From assembly GCA_050948665.1 (NCBI GenBank), contig JBMNEH010000001.1, forward strand, positions 1,807,953 to 1,871,952: DNA of 64,000 nucleotides, in the 5' to 3' direction. Made by a program: the position numbers and the translations under genes. Positions 51,675 to 61,063 of the stretch are shown here, piece by piece. Numbering within the stretch: the stretch's first letter is position 1; the number at the start of each line of letters is the position of its first letter. The stretch comes from Christensenellales bacterium. GTDB taxonomy: Bacteria; Bacillota; Clostridia; Christensenellales; UMGS416. The notes beneath the pieces were generated by a model, which made no database searches, was not told the origin of the DNA, and was given only the letters and a program-made list of their open reading frames with translations.

Positions 51675-51794
51675 CATTTCCTCCCGTTTCTGTCTTTCCG
51701 CCATTATATCGTAGATATTCTTCTTTTGCAATCCGGCCTTGCAGGAATAGCCGTTTATATGTCGAAATAAATTTGATACGGCAGGGGGTATTGT

Positions 51795-52601
51795 ATGAGG
51801 CTTTCCTTTTCAACGCTAGGTTGTCCGGGTTGGGATTGGGCGACCATACTGACACAAGCTTCTTCCATGGGCTTTGACGGTATAGAACTACGGGGCATCG
51901 GCGATGAAATGCGCCTGGCAAGGCTGGATATATTCTCTACCGAAAGACTGAAAAATACCATGGCGGAAATGGCGGATAACGGGCTGGCCTTTTCTTGCTT
52001 AGATACTTCCTGTAATTTCCATGAAACAGAAAAGCTAGCCGATACCTTTGCGGAAGCACGTGAAACAATTGAACTGGCGTACCGGGTCGGCTGCCCTTAT
52101 ATCCGCGTTTTCGGAGATAAGATCCTTCCCGGGGAAACCGTGGAACAAGCAACGGCCCGTGTAGGTCAGGAGTTGGCGCGCATGGGCGAAATGACACGAG
52201 GCAGTCGGGTAAAGGTATTGCTGGAGACCCATGGTGATTTTTCCAGCGGCGCCCGGTGCAGAATGATCATGGAAGCTGCCGCCTCAGAAAGTGTTGGACT
52301 GCTTTGGGACACCCACCACCCCTACAAATTCTCCGGGGAATCCATGGAGGATACTTGGGGACTAATCTCCCCCTGGGTATACCACACCCACTTTAAGGAT
52401 TCTCGGGGCCCCTGGAAAGCACACCGGCTCTGCAACATGGGACAGGGGGATCTGCCCCTTCCCTCTCTCCTCCGGGTTCTACGGGAGGGCGGATACATCG
52501 GTTGGTACTCCTATGAACATGAGAAACGCTGGCATCCCGATCTGTCCGAACCAGAAACCGCTTTCCCTGAATTTCTTGCTTATATGCGTACCCACGAATA
52601 A
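51795..52601 (+). CDS. Sugar phosphate isomerase/epimerase (xylose isomerase-like TIM barrel)
   Basis: GFDGIELR, IRVFG, LETHGD, WDTHH, HFKD, YEHE. Confidence 0.9.
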   Translation: MRLSFSTLGCPGWDWATILTQASSMGFDGIELRGIGDEMRLARLDIFSTERLKNTMAEMADNGLAFSCLDTSCNFHETEKLADTFAEARETIELAYRVGCPYIRVFGDKILPGETVEQATARVGQELARMGEMTRGSRVKVLLETHGDFSSGARCRMIMEAAASESVGLLWDTHHPYKFSGESMEDTWGLISPWVYHTHFKDSRGPWKAHRLCNMGQGDLPLPSLLRVLREGGYIGWYSYEHEKRWHPDLSEPETAFPEFLAYMRTHE

Positions 52602-52653
52602 TTTTTAAATTTCCATATGGATTCATATAATTTATAAAGGTAGAGGTGCGACT

Positions 52654-53781
52654 ATGGTAACAATTATTCCTGTAACAAACAAAAGGCAACTGGGTCTTTT
52701 TGTGGACCTTCCGGACAAACTCTTCCATGACGACCCTACTTTCGTTCCCCTCCTTCGGGATTCCGAGATTGAGGTGCTGGACAAAGCCAGAAACCCCGCA
52801 AGAGCGTTTTGTGAATGGGAGATGTATCTGGCTTATAAGAACGGCAAGCCCGTTGGTCGGGTCTGCGCCCTGCTTAACAAGGCCTATAATGAAAAGTGGA
52901 ACCAAAACCGGGTGCGTTTCTGCCGACTTGACTTTATTGACGATGCCGAGGTAGCCGACGCCCTGATGGAAAAGGTGAGCGACTTCGCCAGAGCCAAAGG
53001 CGCTGCAGAGCTTCAGGGGCCTATTGGCTTCTGCGATTTTGACCCGGAAGGAATGCAGGTTGAGGGTTTTCAGGAACGCAATCTCATGATTACCCTTTTT
53101 ACCCCGCCCTATTACCCCCAGCATATGGACAGAATGGGCTTTAAAAAAGATGTGGATTGGGTGGAATATCAGCTTCCCGTACCCAAGGAAGGGATCCCCC
53201 GGGTAAAAAAAGTATCCGACTATGTATTGAAGCGTTCAGGTCTTCATGTTATGGAATTCAAAAAACCCAAGGACGTCATTAGAAGCGGCGCCGCCAAGGA
53301 AATACTCGATTTGGTAGATGTTGCATATGCTCCTCTGTACGGCACTGTACCCATCACCGAAGAAATGAAGCAAATGTACATCAATCAGTATTTCTCCATG
53401 CTGAATCTGGACTACCTGGTTGTGCTGGCAGATGAAAACAACCATGTAAAAGCCTTCGGTCTGGCAGTTCCCGGACTGGAAAGGGCATTAAAGAAAACTC
53501 GGGGAAAAATATTCCCCTTCGGCTGGATCCTGCTGCTCCCTGAGATGAAAAGAAGTAAACATCTTGATTTGCTTTTGGTGGCAGTCACTCCGGAACTTCA
53601 GGGCAGGGGGTTGAACTCCGTATTGCTGGCGCTAGTGAACGAGCGCGCAATTAAAAACGGGATCGAATATGCCGAAACCGGGCCTAACCTTGAAACGAAC
53701 TTAAAAGTACAGGAACAGTGGAAAATGGTGGAAGGCGCTCGCCAGCACAAGCGTCGCCGCTGTTATGTAAGGAGCGTATAA
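52654..53781 (+). CDS. YghO-family tandem GNAT acyltransferase (bacterial ceramide-synthase-like)
   Basis: DPTFVP, VGRVCA, RFCRLDFIDD, GPIGFCDFD-EG-VEGF, PYYP, QGRGLN, LETN. Confidence 0.8.
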   Translation: MVTIIPVTNKRQLGLFVDLPDKLFHDDPTFVPLLRDSEIEVLDKARNPARAFCEWEMYLAYKNGKPVGRVCALLNKAYNEKWNQNRVRFCRLDFIDDAEVADALMEKVSDFARAKGAAELQGPIGFCDFDPEGMQVEGFQERNLMITLFTPPYYPQHMDRMGFKKDVDWVEYQLPVPKEGIPRVKKVSDYVLKRSGLHVMEFKKPKDVIRSGAAKEILDLVDVAYAPLYGTVPITEEMKQMYINQYFSMLNLDYLVVLADENNHVKAFGLAVPGLERALKKTRGKIFPFGWILLLPEMKRSKHLDLLLVAVTPELQGRGLNSVLLALVNERAIKNGIEYAETGPNLETNLKVQEQWKMVEGARQHKRRRCYVRSV

Positions 53782-55229
53782 TGGCTTGTTATTATGTGGA
53801 TTCCTATCTGGGCAATGATAATTTCTCAGGCACTTCTCCGGAGGCTCCCTGGTATTCTCTGAACAAAGCAAACAGTGTCATGCTGCAGCCAGGTGACTCT
53901 CTGCTTTTCCGCAGAGGCGGGGTTTGGGTCGGAAAGCTTTCTCCAAAGGGTTCCGGAACGGAAGGCGCCCCCATTACGCTTGGTGCTTACAGTGAAGGAG
54001 CTAAGCCCTGCATTTGCGGTGGGGGCCGCAGCGGTATGGAGGAGGGAATGGCCGTTCTGCTTTATAACCAGGACTATTGGGTAATTGAGGATCTGGACAT
54101 CTCCAATGACGCCCCGGATGAAGCTGACCGTTGGGGCATGGTGGTGCGCTGGAACGATTATGGCGTCGGCGGCCACGTCCATATCCGGCGCTGTGATATC
54201 CACGATATTGCCGGGCGGGCGAGAGATAGGCGCTTTAAGGGAGACGGGCTGCTGATCGTTGCCACCGGTTGCACCATCCCGACAGGATATGACTACATAT
54301 TGGTGGAGGACTGTACATTTATCAATATCCGCCGCACTGCCTTAACTGTATGGAGCCAATGGACGGAACGGGGACGGGTCTATTTCCGGGGAGGCAGAGA
54401 GTATAGCTACCACACCTCGGTAGGCCCATGGTTCGGAAATACCAACGTTGTAATACGCAATAACTTTATCAAAGATATCGCCGGAGACGGTATCCTGGTG
54501 ACCACGACAAAGGGATGCATTGTGGAACACAATGTGGCAGAAAACTGCAACAACTACAACGGTGCGCATTTTAATGATCCAAATGTAGCCATCTGGCCGC
54601 AAAACAGCGACGATTTTCTGATGCAGTACAACGAGGCTTTCGGCACCGGCTCCACTGCCGACGGCCAAGGCTATGACATTGACTTTGAGTGCTATAGGCC
54701 CATCGTTCAGTATAACTACAGTCATGATAACGAAGGCGGTTTTATTCTTGTAATGGATGAGGTGTATGACGCGGTCATACGCTACAACATCTCCGAAAAC
54801 GACCACTGCGCCCTGTTTGATGTCCGGAGTCCTTTCAATATGCAGGTGTATAACAATACCTTCTACATGGGCTGTAAGGAAATTATCCGTCCGGGACGTT
54901 CTTCAAAGAACGGCCTCTTTGCCAATAACATTTTCTACAGCCCCGTCGGATGCGCGCCGAGCGAATGGGGAGATTACACTTGGCAAAATAACTGTTATTT
55001 CCAGGTCATTCCCAACGAAGGGCAGCAGCAGCCGCTGCTTGCCGATCCTCAGTTTATACGCGGAGGGCAAGCCGGACGGGGCAAGGAAGGTCTCCCGGGC
55101 TATGTGCTGAAACCGGATTCGCCCTGTATCGGTGCGGGAATATCCGTTGAAAATCATTGCGAACAGGATATATTCGGCAGGCCGATTCCGAAAAAACCCT
55201 CCATCGGCGCGGCAGAACCCCATGGCTAA
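53781..55229 (+). CDS. Right-handed parallel beta-helix protein (GH136/pectate-lyase-like fold), no signal peptide
   Basis: YYVDS..GND..SGTS…PW, LQPGD.LLFRRG, GDGI, DGQGYDID, QYNYSHDNEGG, SPCIGAG. Confidence 0.85.
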   Translation: MACYYVDSYLGNDNFSGTSPEAPWYSLNKANSVMLQPGDSLLFRRGGVWVGKLSPKGSGTEGAPITLGAYSEGAKPCICGGGRSGMEEGMAVLLYNQDYWVIEDLDISNDAPDEADRWGMVVRWNDYGVGGHVHIRRCDIHDIAGRARDRRFKGDGLLIVATGCTIPTGYDYILVEDCTFINIRRTALTVWSQWTERGRVYFRGGREYSYHTSVGPWFGNTNVVIRNNFIKDIAGDGILVTTTKGCIVEHNVAENCNNYNGAHFNDPNVAIWPQNSDDFLMQYNEAFGTGSTADGQGYDIDFECYRPIVQYNYSHDNEGGFILVMDEVYDAVIRYNISENDHCALFDVRSPFNMQVYNNTFYMGCKEIIRPGRSSKNGLFANNIFYSPVGCAPSEWGDYTWQNNCYFQVIPNEGQQQPLLADPQFIRGGQAGRGKEGLPGYVLKPDSPCIGAGISVENHCEQDIFGRPIPKKPSIGAAEPHG

Positions 55230-55737
55230 GCCCCTTCTGATCATCGGCGGACAGCCGGTTTTCCTTCCGGAATTCCGGCTGTTTTATGATGCGGTACGGA
55301 GTAATGTGGCCGGAGAATTCTACAGAAACTACGGTACGCAACCTGACAGAGAGTTTTGGCACAAGGTATTCCCGGAAGGTACGCCGCTGGCTGTTGCTGA
55401 AAAAAGGGCACTGTCTGCGCTTCGTGAATGGCATGCCACACTTGAACTGTTTCGGCAGGAAGGACTAATCCTGACCACAGGGTGGCCTGCCTTCCTTGCC
55501 AGACTGTCTGCCGAGAACACCCGCAGAACCAGGCTGTTGGCGGAGAGCCTGCCGGTATACGGTCCCAAGCAACTGACGAGGGCTATGTACCTTTCCTATG
55601 AAAGAGATCTCCTCTGGGCGAAAATACGGCGGAAATACCCGGAAGGCGTCCTTGTACAACGGAGGAACATCCTCGCTCGGGAATTGATGATATGCATTTT
55701 ATCATCTCCCGGAGAAGCGGCTGAACCGTTTATTTGA
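55222..55737 (+). CDS. Hypothetical protein
   Basis: ATG overlaps upstream stop; ends just before a terminator. Confidence 0.6.
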   Translation: MAKPLLIIGGQPVFLPEFRLFYDAVRSNVAGEFYRNYGTQPDREFWHKVFPEGTPLAVAEKRALSALREWHATLELFRQEGLILTTGWPAFLARLSAENTRRTRLLAESLPVYGPKQLTRAMYLSYERDLLWAKIRRKYPEGVLVQRRNILARELMICILSSPGEAAEPFI

Positions 55738-55741
55738 GCAT

Positions 55742-55773
55742 AAAAAAGCCCGGGGTCTTTCGACTCCGGGTTT
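55742..55773. terminator. Bidirectional intrinsic terminator
   Basis: AAAAAAGCCCGGGGTC-TTTC-GACTCCGGGTTTT. Confidence 0.8.
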
Positions 55774-55779
55774 TCTGTA

Positions 55780-57357
55780 TTACTGTTTATTTGTTTCTGT
55801 TCCTTCGGGGAGTTTATTCTCTGTCTTTGAAGCTGCTTTGGCATTTGAACGATGCGAACGTTTGGCAGGCTTTTTTGCCGGCTCGACTGCTTCCCCGGTT
55901 GCCTCCTCCGCCTTTGGCTCGCTCTTTTTAACGGCAGTTTTTCTCCCGGCGCTCTGTGCAGGCTTTTCCGCTGGTTTGACAACAGGTTTCTCCACAGCCT
56001 CAGCTGTGGTCTTCCCCGCGGCTTTTGCTGCGGGTTTCTCTGCAGGCTTCTCTGCGGATTTCTCAGTTGTATTTGCCGCAGGCTTTTCCGCTGGTTTGAC
56101 AACTGGTTTCTCCACAGCCTCAGCTGTGGTCTTCCCCGCGGCTTTTGCTGCGGGTTTCGCAGCGGTCTTCTTGGTGGTTCGCCGAGGCTTTGCCTTGGCC
56201 GCAGGTTTTGCTTCCTCTTCGGCAGGTTTCCCGGCATACGAATCTTCCGCCTTCACTGCAAGGTTCTCTTCTTTCTTTTCTTGGGCAATGCGGATATAAT
56301 ATGCCATCCCGCCGCCACCGGGATTTCGCATTTCGATCTCCAGAGAAGGAGAGTTTTTCAACAGGGTGATCAACCGGTTATAATTGAATTGCTTGACGTC
56401 AAAACCAGGAAGTTTCTTATGAATATCGCTGTCCACGCGGGTAAGAGTAGTCCATCCGTCCTTGTCATGTGTCTCGTTAATAATATCTACAACAACCTGC
56501 AGTAACTCATCCATGGTTTCCACTGTTTTTCCGGCAGATTTTCCGGGAGCGGAAGTTGGGGATTCCGCCTTTCTTTGTCTGGAGGGGGCGGTTTTCGCTG
56601 CCGGTTCGGATACAGCCTTGGAGGCTTCCAGCAGTTCCTGGGCAGAGGGTGCGCGGAAGGCGGTACGGACGGGGGCAGGGGCATCGGAGGTATTCTTTCC
56701 TGTACTCAAAGACTGTACCAGCATGGGCCGAAAATTCGCCGGAAGTTTGATCTTCTCCCGTACAGGCGCCGGGCCGGGAGCGGATTCAACCGTTGTTGAC
56801 GCATCGGAATAAACGGCAGAATCCGGCTCACGGCGCCTTCGGGAGGCATGATTCCAGATACCAACTCGGGGAGTACGGGAAGAGGCTGCTGATGCCCGGG
56901 TCACGGTGGGCATGGGCGCTGCAGGGACTTCATCGGTATAGACGAACTCATCGCAAGCGGTCACGAAAGAGCGGTGACTCTTCCTCTCCCCAATCCCGGC
57001 TACAAACATACCCGCCTGCCGGAGCCGAATTACGAGGGGTGTAAAATCCGCATCGCTTGTAACAATACAAAAACCCTGCACTTTCCCGCTGGAAGCAATT
57101 TCCAGGGCATCAAGCAACAAGGCAAAATCGGATGAGTTTTTCCCGGGGGTATAGTTAAACTGTTGTGCCGGTGTTATAGCATGACGCAAAATCACATTTT
57201 TCCAGTTAATATTGTGTTGGTTTGTCCAGTCAGCGTAGATACGCTTCACAATGGGTTGCCCCATTTCTTCCACAGCGCTCATGATGGTATCAATGGTACT
57301 GCGGGATACATTCTCGCCGTCAATCAGAACGGCAAGCTTTCTTTGGTTTTCAATCAT
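55780..57357 (-). CDS. NYN (LabA/DUF88, PIN-like) ribonuclease + LOTUS/OST-HTH domain + K/A/P-rich tail
   Basis: AVLIDGENV, RIYADW, GKNSSDFALLLDA, VTSDADF, ACDEFVY; LOTUS GWTTL…LPGFDVKQFNYNRLITLL; GGAG RBS before 57357. Confidence 0.9.
   Translation of the reverse strand: MIENQRKLAVLIDGENVSRSTIDTIMSAVEEMGQPIVKRIYADWTNQHNINWKNVILRHAITPAQQFNYTPGKNSSDFALLLDALEIASSGKVQGFCIVTSDADFTPLVIRLRQAGMFVAGIGERKSHRSFVTACDEFVYTDEVPAAPMPTVTRASAASSRTPRVGIWNHASRRRREPDSAVYSDASTTVESAPGPAPVREKIKLPANFRPMLVQSLSTGKNTSDAPAPVRTAFRAPSAQELLEASKAVSEPAAKTAPSRQRKAESPTSAPGKSAGKTVETMDELLQVVVDIINETHDKDGWTTLTRVDSDIHKKLPGFDVKQFNYNRLITLLKNSPSLEIEMRNPGGGGMAYYIRIAQEKKEENLAVKAEDSYAGKPAEEEAKPAAKAKPRRTTKKTAAKPAAKAAGKTTAEAVEKPVVKPAEKPAANTTEKSAEKPAEKPAAKAAGKTTAEAVEKPVVKPAEKPAQSAGRKTAVKKSEPKAEEATGEAVEPAKKPAKRSHRSNAKAASKTENKLPEGTETNKQ
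55958..56158. repeat. 81-bp intragenic direct repeat (period 120 bp)
   Basis: 55958-56038 and 56078-56158 differ at one base; encodes KPAAKAAGKTTAEAVEKPVVKPAEKPA twice. Confidence 0.9.
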
Positions 57358-57369
57358 AAAAATCTCCGT

Positions 57370-57415
57370 AAACAAAATAGTGTTACGGTGTAACACTTTC
57401 GCAGGTGTTTCCTGC
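57370..57415 (-). terminator. Twin hairpins, second followed by U-rich tract, before the NYN RBS
   Basis: GCAGG-AAACA-CCUGC and AGUGUUAC-ACC-GUAACACU-AUUUUGUUU. Confidence 0.6.
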
Positions 57416-57420
57416 AGTTC

Positions 57421-57610
57421 GACAGCGCCGCGTCTGTTCTGTTATCGGACCCGCTCCGCCCACACCCCCGCTCTGGAGAGAGGCAGAGAGTCCCGCCCGG
57501 CCGGTGAACCATCCGCCGGTACTGTAAAAACGACCATACAGGACGACCTTGGCGACTTGCTCCCTGTACTTATCCGCTTCCCCTAAGCCCAAGTCCGGCC
57601 ATGAGCCGTC
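57421..57610 (-). ncRNA. Candidate ~190-nt structured RNA of unassigned family
   Basis: Predicted +1 coincides with the 5' strand of a closing helix; several internal stems. Confidence 0.6.
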
Positions 57611-57616
57611 TTTTTT

Positions 57617-57645
57617 ATTATACACTCCTCGCCCTGTCTCGTCAA
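57617..57645 (-). promoter_or_regulatory. Near-consensus SigA promoter
   Basis: TTGACG (57645-57640) - 17 nt - TATAAT (57622-57617). Confidence 0.8.
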
Positions 57646-57752
57646 GCGGGCGGGCAGCCCGGCACCGCGATATCAGGACAATCTCCAAAGAATATTGGTT
57701 CCAGCAAAAACGGGATAGCTGTAAAAAGCGGTGAATCGCCGCTATTTTCTTC

Positions 57753-58388
57753 TTATTCCGCTTTTCGGGTTTCCTGCTTTTCCTTGCGGTCAATCACATG
57801 GCGGGATGCTAGTTCCCGTGTCACTCTGGGCAGCGGAATGCCCATTTCCACCATAAGCACCATAACATGATAAGCCAGGTCGGCAATCTCATACACGGTT
57901 TCATCCCTGTCTCCTCCCTTGCCCGCGATAAGAACTTCGGCGGATTCTTCCCCAACTTTTTTCAGGATTTTATCCAATCCTTTATCAAAGAGATAATTGG
58001 TGTAGCTCCCCTCCTTGGGATGAGCTTTCCTCTCCTCCAGCAATGCAAAAAGACCCTGCCAGGTAAAAGGGGGCGGAGCGTCGTTCAACGGATTGAAGAA
58101 GCAACTCTCTGTCCCTGTGTGACAGGCGGGACCGTCCTTGTCCACCTGTATCAATAAAGCATCCCCGTCACAGTCAGCGGTAATGGTGCGTATATGCTGT
58201 CGGTTTCCAGAGGTTTCACCTTTCCGCCAAAGAGCCTGCCTATCGCGGGAGTAAAAGCAGGTCATGCCCTCCGCCAATGAAATCGCCAGGCTTTCCCTGT
58301 TCATATAAGCCAGCATCAGCACCTCCCGGCTTTCGGCATCCTGAATAATTGCAGGAATCAACCCTGCCGAGTCCCATTTCAGCTCCAT
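57753..58388 (-). CDS. hisIE: Bifunctional phosphoribosyl-AMP cyclohydrolase / phosphoribosyl-ATP pyrophosphatase
   Basis: [29 protein letters not shown]. Confidence 0.96.
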   Translation of the reverse strand: MELKWDSAGLIPAIIQDAESREVLMLAYMNRESLAISLAEGMTCFYSRDRQALWRKGETSGNRQHIRTITADCDGDALLIQVDKDGPACHTGTESCFFNPLNDAPPPFTWQGLFALLEERKAHPKEGSYTNYLFDKGLDKILKKVGEESAEVLIAGKGGDRDETVYEIADLAYHVMVLMVEMGIPLPRVTRELASRHVIDRKEKQETRKAE

Positions 58389-59155
58389 ATTGCCCCCTCT
58401 GCCTGACGTACGGGAATGCCCGCTGTCGCCAAGACCTTTTTTAATTCGGGAATTTTTACCTGTTCGTAGTGGAAAATGGTCGCCGCTAGTCCGGCGTCGA
58501 TTCCCGGGTGGCGGAACAACTCTATAAAGTCCTCCGTGCAGCCGGCGCCGCCGCTAGCCACAATGGGCAGCTTCACTCGGGCGGCGATACAGTCCAGCAT
58601 ATCCAAATCAAATCCCCTCATGACACCGTCGGTATCCATGGAATTGACCACCAGCTCACCCGCGCCCCGGTCGGCTCCTTCGGCGGCCCATTCAACAGCG
58701 TCTTTCCCGGTATCCTGCCTGCCGCCCTTGGAGAATACTCGGAATGTCCCCCCCACCCTTTTTACATCTATACTCAATACCACGCATTGGCTGCCGAATT
58801 TTCTGGCAGCCCGGTCTATCAGTCCGGGATCGTCAATTGCCCCGGAATTAACGCTGATCTTATCCGCACCGGCTTCCAGTACCCTGCTGAAATCGGCCGT
58901 ATCCCGAATACCCCCACCTACGGTCAGAGGGATAAACACCTGACCGGCCACCCGGCGAAGAGCATCGATAAACAGCTTTCGCCCCTGTGTGCTGGCGGTG
59001 ATATCATAAAACACCAGCTCATCCGCGCCGGCTTCATTATACAACGCCGCCATCTCCGCCGGATCCGCCACGTCCCGGAGATCCCGGAATCGAACTCCTT
59101 TCACCACCCGTCCGTTTTTTACATCCAAGCAGGGAATAATACGCTTTGTAATCAT
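58379..59155 (-). CDS. hisF: Imidazole glycerol phosphate synthase cyclase subunit
   Basis: [36 protein letters not shown]. Confidence 0.97.
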   Translation of the reverse strand: MITKRIIPCLDVKNGRVVKGVRFRDLRDVADPAEMAALYNEAGADELVFYDITASTQGRKLFIDALRRVAGQVFIPLTVGGGIRDTADFSRVLEAGADKISVNSGAIDDPGLIDRAARKFGSQCVVLSIDVKRVGGTFRVFSKGGRQDTGKDAVEWAAEGADRGAGELVVNSMDTDGVMRGFDLDMLDCIAARVKLPIVASGGAGCTEDFIELFRHPGIDAGLAATIFHYEQVKIPELKKVLATAGIPVRQAEGAIWS

Positions 59156-59862
59156 ATTTCCTCCATTTTCGCCAAAATATCCATGGATACCCGCGCCTCA
59201 TAGAGCGCTTTGCCGACAATGACCCCGGTGCAGCCGATGTCTGCCAGCGCTCTTATGTCCGCATAACCGGACACACCGCCGGAGGCCACAATTTCCAGCC
59301 CGTCTAATTCCGTCAGCCGGCGGTATACGGAAAGGTTTGGTCCGGCCAGCCCGCCGTCCCGGGCAATATCAGTATAGATGACCCGTTTGCAGCCCATCTC
59401 CCGGAGCCTGATGCAGAAATCCAATGCGTCTGAACCCGTATCCTCCAGCCAGCCACGTAGGGCCACCCTTCCGTCCCTAGCGTCCACACCTACTGCCAAC
59501 TGACCTCCCCAATGCGCAAGCCATTGGGGAAGCCCGGGATTCTGCCAGGCAGCTGTCCCCAATATGACCCGGGCAGCACCCGCTTCCAGCACGGCTTCTA
59601 TGGAAGCCTCTTCTCGTATGCCGCCGCCTACCTCTACCTCCATCGGAAGTCGGCACAGCGCGCGGATCTCCCGCAGATGGACCGGCCTGCCCTGCCGGGC
59701 GCCATTCAAATCCACCACATGAAGCCGTCTTGCCCCGGCAGCAAGGAAGGACTCCGCCGCCGCCTCGGGGCTGTCAAAATACACCTTGACCCGGTCATAT
59801 TCTCCCCGGGTCAGCCGTACGGCTTTGCCATCCAGTATATCTACCGCAGGATAAATTAACAT
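59152..59862 (-). CDS. hisA: ProFAR isomerase
   Basis: IYPAVDILDGKAVRL, HVVDLNGA, VGGGIR, YTDIARDG. Confidence 0.96.
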   Translation of the reverse strand: MLIYPAVDILDGKAVRLTRGEYDRVKVYFDSPEAAAESFLAAGARRLHVVDLNGARQGRPVHLREIRALCRLPMEVEVGGGIREEASIEAVLEAGAARVILGTAAWQNPGLPQWLAHWGGQLAVGVDARDGRVALRGWLEDTGSDALDFCIRLREMGCKRVIYTDIARDGGLAGPNLSVYRRLTELDGLEIVASGGVSGYADIRALADIGCTGVIVGKALYEARVSMDILAKMEEI

Positions 59863-60476
59863 ACACCCTCCATTTCCGCGAAAGCACGGAGTATGCGCAG
59901 TCCCGCGCTGCCGCTTTTCTCCGGATGGAACTGGCAGCCGCATATATTTCCTTTCCCCACCAGACCGGGCAGGGGAATACCGTATTCCGATATGCCGAAG
60001 CAGAGGTTCTCAGGGCAGTCCGCATAATAGCTGTGAACATAATACACGCAGTCGCCATCCCGGAAGTTGATGAGTAACGGGTGAGGTCGCAGGATGTGCA
60101 GAGGATTCCAGCCCATCTGCGGAATTTTCAACTCCGGAGGCAATTTCCCGGCAAAGGGTCGTATCGTCCCGGGCAACAGCCCTAATCCCTTATGGATACC
60201 AAATTCCAGCCCTTCCTCAAAAAGCAACTGCATCCCCAGGCAAATACCTAGCAGCGTTTTTCCCGTCGTCGCGAATTCCTGCAGTGTCCGGTCAAGTCCG
60301 GTCGCCCGGAGTTTCTCCATGGCATCCCCGAAAGCGCCTACACCCGGCAATATGACCCCGTCCGCCCCGGCAATCGTCCCGGGATCGGCTGTCAGCACCG
60401 TTTCGGCTCCGACGGCCCGGCATCCTGATGCTATAGAGAACAAGTTGCCAACGCCGTAATCCACAATGGCTATCAC
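59856..60476 (-). CDS. hisH: Imidazole glycerol phosphate synthase glutaminase subunit
   Basis: DYGVGNL, LPGVGAF, GICLGMQ, YYVHSY, QFHPEKS. Confidence 0.97.
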   Translation of the reverse strand: MIAIVDYGVGNLFSIASGCRAVGAETVLTADPGTIAGADGVILPGVGAFGDAMEKLRATGLDRTLQEFATTGKTLLGICLGMQLLFEEGLEFGIHKGLGLLPGTIRPFAGKLPPELKIPQMGWNPLHILRPHPLLINFRDGDCVYYVHSYYADCPENLCFGISEYGIPLPGLVGKGNICGCQFHPEKSGSAGLRILRAFAEMEGVC

Positions 60477-61063
60477 AACAGTGTCCCCTTAGTACTGGGA
60501 ATCCTTCCAGCCGCACAGAGGTCGGGGGAGAGTGCCGCAGATAAAGCTCTTGCAGCTGCTTTAAAAGCCCCCTCCAATATATGGTGGGTATTTTTCCCTG
60601 TCAGCAACCTGATGTGAAGGGTTATCCCGGCTTCACGGGCGAAAGCGAGAAAAAACTCTTCTGCCGACTCGGTATCAAAGTCTCCCGCCCTTTGGCAGGT
60701 TAACGGCAGGTCCCCGTAATAGCCTCCCCTGCCGGACAAATCCACCGCTGCCAGCACCAGCGCCTCATCCATGGGCAGGGCAAGACTGCCGTAACGAGTC
60801 AAGCCCCGCTTGTCTTCCATCGCCTCCCGGAAAGCCCTGCCCAATAAAATCCCGCAATCCTCCACGGTGTGGTGCCCGTCCACGTAGGTATCTCCTGCAC
60901 AGGTCAAAAGCAGGTCAAATCCCCCGTGTGCCGCAAAAAGCTGCAGCATGTGATCAAAGAAACCCACTCCGGTGGAAATATTCCCCTTTCCCTTCCCATA
61001 GATAGACAGTTCCAGAGCAATTCGAGTCTCCCGAGTTTCCCGGGAAAGCTTCACAGTCTTCAT
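60473..61063 (-). CDS. hisB: Imidazoleglycerol-phosphate dehydratase
   Basis: RETRET, FFDHML, HHTVED, PMDEAL, NTHH, PSTKG. Confidence 0.97.
   Translation of the reverse strand: MKTVKLSRETRETRIALELSIYGKGKGNISTGVGFFDHMLQLFAAHGGFDLLLTCAGDTYVDGHHTVEDCGILLGRAFREAMEDKRGLTRYGSLALPMDEALVLAAVDLSGRGGYYGDLPLTCQRAGDFDTESAEEFFLAFAREAGITLHIRLLTGKNTHHILEGAFKAAARALSAALSPDLCAAGRIPSTKGTLL

Noticed and set aside
55838-56505. Repetitive plus-strand ORFs (AGFSAG…, LCRLF…)
   Set aside because: Antisense shadows of the KPA-rich NYN tail
57421-57610. RNase P-like (GGGGAAG, ACAGAAC), glmS-like (CGGCGGAUG) or plus-strand cobalamin-like motifs
   Set aside because: No P4 pseudoknot complementarity, glmS core missing, and the cobalamin-like motifs are partial with no downstream gene on that strand
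57383-57793. 136-aa minus-strand ORF over the NYN leader
   Set aside because: Starts inside hisIE, crosses a terminator and a promoter, and has no recognisable domain
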